NCBI GenBank assembly: GCA_044869805.1
Contig: JBIOXV010000157.1
Location: forward strand, 9,752 to 73,751
Origin: Thermoanaerobaculia bacterium
Lineage (GTDB): Bacteria > Acidobacteriota > Thermoanaerobaculia > Multivoradales > SZUA-115
Direction: 5' to 3'
Length of the DNA stretch: 64,000 nt
In this document: positions 53,490-61,853 of the stretch, in pieces
How the letters are laid out: every line of letters starts with the position of its first letter
How positions within the stretch are numbered: position 1 is the stretch's first letter
Translations under genes and position numbers: made by a program
Notes under the pieces: generated by a model
The model's database searches: none
Seen by the model: the letters and a program-made list of their open reading frames with translations, nothing else
What the model was told of the DNA's origin: nothing

Positions 53490-56450
53490 ATGACCGCAGA
53501 CGGCGATCTCTCGAGGTCGCGGCCACGCCGCCTGCAAGCACCCTTCCTCGGGGCTTGCCTGCTGCTCGCCGGCTGCGGCGACCCGCAAAGCCCTTCCGCG
53601 TCGCTCTCCTACGACCTCGAGCAAGGCGAGTTCCTCCAGGTCAGCGTCGAGCAGCTCGGCACTGATGTCGCGCTCGAGCTGCGCGACCAACGAGACCGGC
53701 TGGTTGCCAGGGTGGACAGCCCCAACGGCGCGCAGGGAACGGAGGACCTGGTGGCGATCGCCAAGCACCCTGGCCGCCACTCCCTCGAGGTGAGGTCCGA
53801 CGCCGCGCCGGGAATGGCTTCTTACCGGATCTCGCACGTCGAGCGCCGCCCCGCCACGTCCGACGACCGGGCGCTGGTGGCTGCGGACAATGACTACCGA
53901 AAGGGACGGGCGCTCGCCCGAGAGGGACACCTCGACGAGGCGATCGGGAGGTTCCGAGCTGCCTTTCCCACCTTCGAGCGTCTCGGGCTTCCGGGCCGGC
54001 AGGCCGCCGCGCTGCTCGGCCTCTGCGAGGCGCACGAGGCTCTCGGCAAGCTGCAGGTCGCGGTGGCCTTCTGTGACCGCGCAGTAGAGCACTTCCGAGA
54101 GCAGCCCGATCCTTACTTCCTGGGAGCCGCGCTGCGGGTCGGCGGCTTGCTGCGGGTGAGGCTCGGCCAGCCCGAACGGGCCCTCCAGCCGCTCACCGAC
54201 GCACGCCGGCTTTTCGAGTCCGCCGGCGCCCCGGAAGCTGCGGCGCTTTCCCTGAGCTATCTGGCGGCTGCCCACCAGGTGCTGGGCCGCTATCCGGAGG
54301 CCGCGCTCCTGTTCGAGGAAGCGCTGGCGAGGAGCGACACCCTCGATCAGGCGGACGTCAGAGCCTCGATCCGCGTCGATGCGGGGAACCTCCTGCTGCT
54401 CCTCAGCCGGCCGCGAGATGCGCTGGAGCTCTTCGAGCAGGCGCTCGAGCTGTACCGGGGCCTCGGCGGCGAGGCCGAGGTCGGGACCACGCTGCGCGGC
54501 GTGGCGAGAGCGGCGATCCACCTGGGCGCCTACGACCGGGCCCAGGCAGCGATCGAGGAGGCGCTGGCGCTCGTCGAGGGCGACGCCGAACGTGACACGC
54601 GGATCGCCAACCTGACGACCTTCGGCAGCCTGCTGCGCCTGCGCGGACAGGCGGATCGTGGGCGGAAGGTGCTCGAGGAGGCCGCTGGCCTGGCGCGCGA
54701 TACAGGAGCTGTGCAGCGGGAGGCGACGGCTCTGCTCGAGCTCGGCTATCTCGAGGTCGCCGCCGGCCGGCCCGGCGAGGGCCTCGCGCTCCTGGACCAG
54801 GCAGGCTCCATGTTTCGCGACGTGGCGGACCCAATCGGCGACACTTCGGCCAGGGCCCGCGGCGCCGAGGCCCTTCGCGACCTCGGGCGGCTCGAGGAAG
54901 CCTGGGACCGGCTGGCGCTCGCCCTCGATGCGGTCGAGGCCCAGCGCGCCTCAGCCGGGCGGCGTGATGTCCGTGCCGGCATCTTCGCGTTCCGTCAGGA
55001 CTACTTCGAGATCGCGATCGACCTGCTGATGCAGATGGAGGAGCGCCACCCCGGCCGCGGCTTCGCGCGAGAGGCGTTCACGGTCCACGAGCGCCGCCTG
55101 GCGCGCGAGCTGGTCGAAACCCGCTCCGCCGCTCCCGCGGCGCCGGATCCGCGGCTCGAGGCCGAGGCGGAGGAGCTCGAGGCCCGCCTGCGCTCCCTGG
55201 CGATGGCCGACCGCGGAGCAGAGACGGAGCGCGAGATCGACGCGGTGCTGGTGCAGCTCGCACAGGTCACCTCCCGGGCTAGCGCGACGGCGCCCGGCTC
55301 GCCGGCCCGCACTTCGCCCCCGATGCCGGACGTCGCCGGGCTGCAACGTCGGCTCCTCGGTCGGGGCTCGCTGCTCCTCGCCTTCAGCCTGGGCGAGAAG
55401 CGCAGCTTCCTGTGGGCGGTGACGCGGGAGGAATTCCGCGCCTTCACGCTGCCTCGCCGGCTCGAGATCGAGGCCGTGGCCCAGGGGTTCGCGGAGGCGA
55501 CCCGAAGCCCTCGCCTGGACCGAGCCGAGACTCGCGACGCGCTGGGAGAGAAGCTCGCCGCGATGCTCCTCGGCCCGGTGGCGGCGGAGCTCGGCGCCTC
55601 GCGGCTGCTCCTCGTGCCTCAGGGCAAGCTGCAGGGGGTGCCTTGGGCGGCTTTGCCCGATCCGGCCGACCCAACGGGCCGGCGCTACCTGGTCGAGCAG
55701 CACGAGATCGCGCTGTTGCCCTCGGTCGCCACGCTGGCGGCGATCCGCGCCGGCCCAGGGGCCGAGCGGCGGGAGGCTCGGGGTGTCACGGTGTTCGCCG
55801 ATCCGGTCTACCAGCCGGACGATCCTCGCTTGCCGGTGCCGGTGGAGGCGCCGCCCACGGCGTGGGCGAGGCTGGCCCACGCCGAGGACGAGGCGGAAGC
55901 GATCCTGGCGGTTTCCCCGTCCGCCGACGACCTGTCGATGCGTGGCCTCTCCGCCTGCCGCGAGAGCTTCGAGCAGGCGGAGTGGAGCCGCACGGGGACC
56001 CTCCACTTCGCCACCCACGCCGAGATCGACGCCCGGCAGCCGGAGCTCTCCAGGCTGGTGCTCTCGCTGTTCGACGAGCAGGGACGCAAGCGCGACGGGT
56101 CCCTCCGCGCCTTCGAGATCTCGCGTCTTTCGCTGCCTGTGGACCTGGTGGTGCTCTCCGGCTGCGAGACGGGGATAGGCGAGGAGCTGGCGGGGGAGGG
56201 GATGGCGAGCCTGGCCCGGGCGTTCTTCGAGGCCGGGGCGCGGCGCGTGGTGTCGAGCCTGTGGCGGGTGGGCGACCGCAGCACGGCCCGGCTCATGACC
56301 CGCTTCTACGAGGGCTACCGGGGTCGAGGGCTCGCTCCTGTGGCGGCGCTCGCCGCGGCGCAGCGCGCGATGCTCGCCGAGCCGGAGACCAGCGCGCCGT
56401 ACCGGTGGGCCGGCTTCGTGGTGCAAGGAGACGGCTGGGGCTCACCCTAG
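53490..56450 (+). CDS. lipoprotein: PPC-like beta-sandwich + TPR repeats + CHAT domain
   Basis: Lipobox LLLAGC (ATG 53490; 53388 is possible). N-domain FLQVSVEQLGTDVALELRD. TPR array. CHAT His (FATHAEID, codon 56016) and Cys (VLSGCETG, codon 56163). Confidence 0.85.
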   Translation: MTADGDLSRSRPRRLQAPFLGACLLLAGCGDPQSPSASLSYDLEQGEFLQVSVEQLGTDVALELRDQRDRLVARVDSPNGAQGTEDLVAIAKHPGRHSLEVRSDAAPGMASYRISHVERRPATSDDRALVAADNDYRKGRALAREGHLDEAIGRFRAAFPTFERLGLPGRQAAALLGLCEAHEALGKLQVAVAFCDRAVEHFREQPDPYFLGAALRVGGLLRVRLGQPERALQPLTDARRLFESAGAPEAAALSLSYLAAAHQVLGRYPEAALLFEEALARSDTLDQADVRASIRVDAGNLLLLLSRPRDALELFEQALELYRGLGGEAEVGTTLRGVARAAIHLGAYDRAQAAIEEALALVEGDAERDTRIANLTTFGSLLRLRGQADRGRKVLEEAAGLARDTGAVQREATALLELGYLEVAAGRPGEGLALLDQAGSMFRDVADPIGDTSARARGAEALRDLGRLEEAWDRLALALDAVEAQRASAGRRDVRAGIFAFRQDYFEIAIDLLMQMEERHPGRGFAREAFTVHERRLARELVETRSAAPAAPDPRLEAEAEELEARLRSLAMADRGAETEREIDAVLVQLAQVTSRASATAPGSPARTSPPMPDVAGLQRRLLGRGSLLLAFSLGEKRSFLWAVTREEFRAFTLPRRLEIEAVAQGFAEATRSPRLDRAETRDALGEKLAAMLLGPVAAELGASRLLLVPQGKLQGVPWAALPDPADPTGRRYLVEQHEIALLPSVATLAAIRAGPGAERREARGVTVFADPVYQPDDPRLPVPVEAPPTAWARLAHAEDEAEAILAVSPSADDLSMRGLSACRESFEQAEWSRTGTLHFATHAEIDARQPELSRLVLSLFDEQGRKRDGSLRAFEISRLSLPVDLVVLSGCETGIGEELAGEGMASLARAFFEAGARRVVSSLWRVGDRSTARLMTRFYEGYRGRGLAPVAALAAAQRAMLAEPETSAPYRWAGFVVQGDGWGSP

Positions 56451-56483
56451 CCCCGGCGGCCGGTGTCTTAGCTCCGATGGTGA

Positions 56484-59400
56484 GTGGAGGTCATTTCCTA
56501 TCCGATTCGAGGAGAGAGGAGGCGGCTCGTGAAGGAGTTCCCGCATACCGAGAGCTGGACGAGCATGGCGCCCGGCGAAGTCCTGGGCCGGGAGGTCGAG
56601 GTCGCCGCGGGCGGCTTCCTGCACCTGGTGGTCGAGCAGCGAGGCATCGACGTCGCGCTCGAGCTCCACGATCCCGGGGGTGCGGAGCCGCTGCGCTTCG
56701 ACAGCGCGACCGGGCGGTTCGGCCCCGAGGAGCTGCTGGCGCTCCTGCCCACCGCGGGACGCTACCGGTGGAGCGTCGCCGCCCTGGCGGGCGAGCCGGC
56801 GGCCGGGGAGGTCCGCTTGCTCGCGGCGATCAGCCGCCCGGCCACCCAGGAGGACCGCGACCTGGTGGCGGCGGACCAGGCGGACCGCGGCGGCCGCACC
56901 CTGCTGGGCATCGGCGCGCCGCGGGACGCGATCGAGTCTCTGCAATGGGCCCTCCAGGTCTTCACCACGCGCGGCCTCGCCTGGCGCGAGGCGGAGTGCC
57001 TGCTGGCGCTCGGCGAGGCGCAGGAAGCCGACGGCGCGTTGCAGGCGGCCGCCGCGTCGAGCGAGCGCGCGGCGGAGATCCACCGCCGCGAGGGTCGTTC
57101 TCATCGCCTTGCCCATGCGCTCGAGCTCGCGGGCCTCGTCCGGCTCCAGCTCGGCGAGCCGGAAGCGGCACAGGCCGCGCTCGAGGAGGCGCGGTCGCAC
57201 TTCGAAGAGAGTGGCGAGGGCGATCGCCTGGCGGCGGTCTTGGCCCGCCTGGGGAGCGCGTTCCAGGCCCTCGGGCAAAACGATCAGGCGGTCGCGCTGC
57301 TCGTCGATGCGCTCGAACGGTGGCGGGGCCAGCGTGGCAACGTGGAGCGGGAGGCCGCCATCCTGATCGATCTGGGCTGGGCCCTGCTCGCTGCCGGCGA
57401 CAGCGCCACCGCCGGGGAGCGGTTCCGCGAGGCGACAGCGATCGCGGCCGGGAGCGCCTTCGAGCTCTTCGTCGCGACCGCCCTGCGCGGTGCCGCCGAG
57501 GCGGCGAGCCGCAGCGGGCAGCACGAGGCGGCCCAGGCGGCGATCGGCGAGGCCTTCGATGCCCTGCTTCCCGGAGCAAGCTTGCGAGACCGCCTGGCCG
57601 TGCTCCTGACCTCCGGGCAGGTGCTGCGCCGCAAGGGAGACCTGGCCCCGGCGCGAGCGCCGCTCGGGGAAGCGCTCGACCTGGCGAGAAAGGTCGGGGA
57701 CCGGCGCTCCGAGGCTATCCTCCGGCTCGAGCTGGGCTACCTCGCGACCCAGCTCGGCGAGCCAGGTCGCGGCCTCGAAGATTGCGAGCTGGCGCTCGAT
57801 CTGTTCACGGCGATCGGCGATCGCCAGGGCCAGGCCTCGGCGGCGCGCCGCGCGGAGGAAGCGCGGGCGGCCCTGGCTGCGGCCGGCGTCGCGGCTGCTG
57901 CTCTCGAGGGAAGGGGATCCCTGCCACTGGAGGGCACGCAGCAGGGCACGAACGAGGTCCAGGGCCAACGGCTCCCGATGGACCCGATCGAAGGCGCGGC
58001 CGGCACGACACGCCCCGTCAACCTGACCGGCACCGACCTGCCGGGCGACGACGATCCCCACTGGAAGCCTGACGACGCGACCGACGATGTGCCCGCCACT
58101 CCACCCCGCACCGGTCCGAGGCGCCGGCGGGCAGCCAACCGCAAGGCCGGAAGAGAAGGCGCCAGCTTCTTCCCCCTGAGTGGGGAAGCGGCGGACGGGC
58201 CCGGCGAGGGCGACGACGAACTTCTCCTGGAGCTCGATCCGAGCCGCTTCACCGACCTTCTGGCGGCGAGCGAGAGCACGGCGAGCCCGGCCGCGCTCGA
58301 CGAGCTCAGGCTCTGCCGCGCGTACGAGACGAAAACCGCGGAGCAGCTCAGCATCAAGGCCCGTCGCCTCGAGCTGCCGAGCGACATCGACCCGCACGAC
58401 CTATCCCAGACCGGGTGGGGAATCGTGATCTCCCGCGACGAGGACCCGGCGGTGATCCATCATCTCGGGCCGCTCATCGAGCGCCGGAAGGAGCAAGCCG
58501 GCAAGCGGTTCAAGCAGCTTGACTACGAGCCGGGAGAGTCCGGGCGGCAGTTCCTTTGGTACCACCATGGCGAGCCCCCCGGAATCCTCGACCCCAGCCA
58601 GCACCCGTACTACCTGCTGCTGATCGGCAGCCCGGAGCGGATCCCCTTCGAGGTGCAGTACCAATTGAGCATCAATCACGCGGTCGGCCGCCTCTGCTTC
58701 GACGAGCCGGCGGACTACGGCCGCTACGTGGAGCGCCTTCTCGCGGTGGAGGCCGAGGGCTGTGTTCTACCCCGGCGAACCGCCATCCTCTCCGTCGAGA
58801 ACGGCGACCGTGCCACGACCCTGCTCGCCAAGCACCTGGTCGACCCTCTCGCCGAGCGCCTCGCCGGCTACGCCGGCTGGGAGCTTTCGGCGTGGCGTAA
58901 GGAGCGCGCGCGCAAAGAGGATCTCCAGCAGCTCCTGGGAGGCGAAGAGGTCCCGGGCCTCCTGCTCGTCTCCTGCCACGGCAAGCCGCTCACCTTGGGC
59001 TCGCCTTGGCAGCGGGACTACCAGGGCGCCCTGGAGTGCCAGCGTGTGCCGGGAGCCGGCAATCTCTTCCACGCCCGCGACCTCGCCCCTGGCGCGGACC
59101 TTTCCGGCTTGGTGGCCTTTCTCTTCGCCTGCTACGGCGCCGGCACTCCTGAGGAGGACAACTACTCCTTCCTCACCCGCGACGGCGTGGTCGTCAGCCG
59201 GCCTCGACCGGAGAAGCTCGCCGATCCGCCCTTCGTCGCGCGCCTGCCCCAGGCCCTCCTTCGGCAAGGGGCGCTGGCGGTAGTCGGGCATGTAGACCGC
59301 GGCTGGACCCTCTCCTTCGCCTGGGCGGCGGAGGGCGCGCAGACCCCTGATGCCGTGCGTAGCCTCGAAGACTCACTCAAACAGCTCCTCTCCGGACATC

Positions 59401-59744
59401 GCCTGGGCCATGCCTTGCGCGCCCTCTACCGACGCTACACGGCGCTCGCCGCGCGGCTGGTCGGGCTCGTCGAGAAGCGCCGCTACGGGCGCGGCGTCGA
59501 TCGAGGCTTCTTCGCCATGCAGTGGATCGCTCACAACGACGCCCGCAACTTCGTGATCCTGGGCGACCCCGCGGTCTATCTGCTGGGACAGCGGCAGGGC
59601 GGCGCGCGCCTCCACGGCGACAATGGCCACGCGCTCGTAGAGCTCGACCCGGAGCTGCTGGCGCTCGTCGCGCAAAGCGCAGCGCTGCGGGGGGTGAGCG
59701 TCGACGCCTGGCTGAACGAGCTGGTGCGGCGGGGAGTGGAGTAG
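56484..59744 (+). CDS. cytoplasmic PPC-like + TPR sensor fused to a clan-CD (gingipain/C25-like) caspase-fold domain and a C-terminal RHH-like tail
   Basis: No signal peptide. The N-domain is paralogous to the preceding gene (FLHLVVEQRGIDVALELHD; RPATQEDRDLVAAD). A disordered acidic/Pro linker follows. The C-domain has YYLLLIGSPERIP, LLLVSCHGK (His codon 58977) and VAFLFACYGAG (Cys codon 59130). The tail is VELDPELLALVAQSAALRGVSVDAWLNELVRRG. Confidence 0.75.
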   Translation: MEVISYPIRGERRRLVKEFPHTESWTSMAPGEVLGREVEVAAGGFLHLVVEQRGIDVALELHDPGGAEPLRFDSATGRFGPEELLALLPTAGRYRWSVAALAGEPAAGEVRLLAAISRPATQEDRDLVAADQADRGGRTLLGIGAPRDAIESLQWALQVFTTRGLAWREAECLLALGEAQEADGALQAAAASSERAAEIHRREGRSHRLAHALELAGLVRLQLGEPEAAQAALEEARSHFEESGEGDRLAAVLARLGSAFQALGQNDQAVALLVDALERWRGQRGNVEREAAILIDLGWALLAAGDSATAGERFREATAIAAGSAFELFVATALRGAAEAASRSGQHEAAQAAIGEAFDALLPGASLRDRLAVLLTSGQVLRRKGDLAPARAPLGEALDLARKVGDRRSEAILRLELGYLATQLGEPGRGLEDCELALDLFTAIGDRQGQASAARRAEEARAALAAAGVAAAALEGRGSLPLEGTQQGTNEVQGQRLPMDPIEGAAGTTRPVNLTGTDLPGDDDPHWKPDDATDDVPATPPRTGPRRRRAANRKAGREGASFFPLSGEAADGPGEGDDELLLELDPSRFTDLLAASESTASPAALDELRLCRAYETKTAEQLSIKARRLELPSDIDPHDLSQTGWGIVISRDEDPAVIHHLGPLIERRKEQAGKRFKQLDYEPGESGRQFLWYHHGEPPGILDPSQHPYYLLLIGSPERIPFEVQYQLSINHAVGRLCFDEPADYGRYVERLLAVEAEGCVLPRRTAILSVENGDRATTLLAKHLVDPLAERLAGYAGWELSAWRKERARKEDLQQLLGGEEVPGLLLVSCHGKPLTLGSPWQRDYQGALECQRVPGAGNLFHARDLAPGADLSGLVAFLFACYGAGTPEEDNYSFLTRDGVVVSRPRPEKLADPPFVARLPQALLRQGALAVVGHVDRGWTLSFAWAAEGAQTPDAVRSLEDSLKQLLSGHRLGHALRALYRRYTALAARLVGLVEKRRYGRGVDRGFFAMQWIAHNDARNFVILGDPAVYLLGQRQGGARLHGDNGHALVELDPELLALVAQSAALRGVSVDAWLNELVRRGVE

Positions 59745-59776
59745 GAGTTCGCGCCTCTCCGGCCGCTGCTACCTCA

Positions 59777-59801
59777 CTGACCTCGGCCTTGCCGAGGTCA
59801 G
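59777..59801 (+). terminator. hairpin after the large TPR-protease gene
   Basis: Perfect 11-bp stem CTGACCTCGGC CTT GCCGAGGTCAG, 33 nt after the stop. There is no U-tract. Confidence 0.45.
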
Positions 59802-59944
59802 CACGAAGGATCTCCTCACACAGAGGGCCCGGCTAGCGGCTGGGTCTGACAAGCTCCCGCCCCTGCGGGAAGGGGCTGTCGGCCTTGGAGGAGCATCGTC
59901 GCCGAGGCTGCTTTCCCTTTCATGTCCGAAAGGAAAAGCAAGCG

Positions 59945-60880
59945 ATGCTTCTGCGAAAAGCGATCGATCTGTTTCTCGACGGGTACTTCTCCACCTGCGA
60001 GCGGCGTCCAAAGACCATTGTCGCCTACCGCAGCGACCTCGCTCAGTTTCGCCGATCCCGATCGCAACGCGAGGCGCTCGAAGCCATAACTCCGGAGTCT
60101 CTCGAGGCGTGGGCTCAGCACCTGAAGAAAGAAGGCCTCGCGCCTGCCTCCATCCGGCGTAAGTTGGCGGTGCTCAAGGTCTTCTTCAATTATTGGGTGC
60201 GGAAGCGGGTGATTGATCGCTCACCATTCTGGTTGCTCCGGTTCGATATCGGGAAGATCACTCCGCTGACGCGGACTCTGACTCTCGATGAAGCACGCCG
60301 CCTCCTGCGGCAGGCGAAGCAGGAGGTCGGCCGCCTTCCGAGAAAGCCGAGCGGGAACCTGGACGACTCCTTTCTGGCGCTTAGGAACTGGGCGCTGGTC
60401 GAGCTGCTGCTGGCCACGGGCCTGCGCGTCGGTGAGGCCACCGCGCTCCTCCTCCAAGACTTCACTCTAGATCAACGAATCCTCCTGGTTCGAGGCAAGG
60501 GTGGCCGCGAGCGCCTGGCGCTGCTCACAGAGGACAGGAGCTTCGAGGCCATCGCCCACTACCACCGCCACCGCTTGGCGCTTCCGGCAACCACGGAGTC
60601 GTTTTTCCTCAACCGGCGGCAGGCGCCTCTATCCCCCCAGGGAGCCTCGGCAGCGCTCGTAAGCCTCGCCACTGCTGGCGGCATCCAGCGCCGCATCACT
60701 CCCCACATGCTGCGCCACACCTCTGCCACCCTTCTCCTGCAGAACGGGGCGGATCTGCGCATCGTTCAGGAGTTCCTCGGCCACGCGTCCATCACCACCA
60801 CGCAGCGGTACACTCATATCACGCGTACTCATCTCGTCGCGACGCTGAAGCGCTGTCATCCCAGGTTAGCGCTGGGGTAG
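59945..60880 (+). CDS. tyrosine site-specific recombinase/integrase (XerC/D-like)
   Basis: ATGLRVGE (Arg), HMLRHTSAT (HxxR), FLGHASITTTQRYTH (His, Tyr). The N-terminal SAM-like core-binding domain has TIVAYRSDLAQF. Confidence 0.85.
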   Translation: MLLRKAIDLFLDGYFSTCERRPKTIVAYRSDLAQFRRSRSQREALEAITPESLEAWAQHLKKEGLAPASIRRKLAVLKVFFNYWVRKRVIDRSPFWLLRFDIGKITPLTRTLTLDEARRLLRQAKQEVGRLPRKPSGNLDDSFLALRNWALVELLLATGLRVGEATALLLQDFTLDQRILLVRGKGGRERLALLTEDRSFEAIAHYHRHRLALPATTESFFLNRRQAPLSPQGASAALVSLATAGGIQRRITPHMLRHTSATLLLQNGADLRIVQEFLGHASITTTQRYTHITRTHLVATLKRCHPRLALG

Positions 60881-60979
60881 GAGTATGGCCCGCGGAGACC
60901 AGAATATCGATCAGCGGTATTGTCGATGAACTGCCGAAGATAACTAGAAATTATTGCCCACGCGTAGGACGAATACCTG

Positions 60980-61837
60980 ATGAAGAAGAGGGCTTACGAC
61001 CTCACCAGTGCCGGAGTGCATACTCTGCGCTATACGATCCTCAACACGAAGCTGCGAAATCCTCGGCGAAAGGTGACGGTAGCTGCATCGCCTGAAGAAA
61101 TAGAGCGCTTAGCCTCAGGAGGCTTCCTAGTAAGGGATCCGCTTCTTACGGAGCGGCAGCTCTCCAGTCTCAGATCTGCCCTGACGCAAGTTCTAGAGAG
61201 CGAGAAGGCCATGCCTGAGCTGGCCGAGGAGAGCTGCTTCGGCGGAGCTTACGTCAGACACCTAATCGACAAGCACAGGCACTTTCGCAGCCTCCTCCAT
61301 CTTCATGCTCCTCAGTCGATTGCTCGCGCTGTTCTCGGGCCTCAGATACGCTTTGATGAGATCGTGGCTCGTGTAGTCTCCCATGGCAAATCGGACGGAC
61401 GAGTGCCCTGGCATATCCATCTGCGCGTCATCCCTCGCCCGACCCCTCCCTTCTTCTGCTATCCGCAAGGGCTCGAGTGCCTTTGTTACCTCGACGACAT
61501 CACGGAACGTAGTGGACCTCTTTGCGTCCTGCCTGGATCTCACAGAAAACCGCTATTGCAGTTCGGCGCGAAAGACCACGATGACAAGCCCGGCCAAGTA
61601 GCCATCACTCTCAAAGCTGGGGCCGGCGTGCTGATGCATCCAAATCTCTGGCACAAGACGCTGCCCTCGCAACTGAAGCAAGGAGCGCGGCGGCTCGTAA
61701 TCTTCGGCTACTACCCATCGTGGGTTACAGGGGACGAGCGAACGCGCCTCCGGCCCGCCGGGGATCATCTTGGACAGCTTCGGCGCTCCGGATCCTCTCG
61801 GACTCGTGAGCTGGTCGGTGAATTCTACTGGGGCTGA
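60980..61837 (+). CDS. PhyH-family Fe(II)/2-oxoglutarate-dependent oxygenase
   Basis: VPWHIH metal-site context, ERSGPLCVLPGSH and VLMHPNLWH blocks. Confidence 0.6.
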   Translation: MKKRAYDLTSAGVHTLRYTILNTKLRNPRRKVTVAASPEEIERLASGGFLVRDPLLTERQLSSLRSALTQVLESEKAMPELAEESCFGGAYVRHLIDKHRHFRSLLHLHAPQSIARAVLGPQIRFDEIVARVVSHGKSDGRVPWHIHLRVIPRPTPPFFCYPQGLECLCYLDDITERSGPLCVLPGSHRKPLLQFGAKDHDDKPGQVAITLKAGAGVLMHPNLWHKTLPSQLKQGARRLVIFGYYPSWVTGDERTRLRPAGDHLGQLRRSGSSRTRELVGEFYWG

Positions 61838-61853
61838 GACGGGCCCCTTAGCG

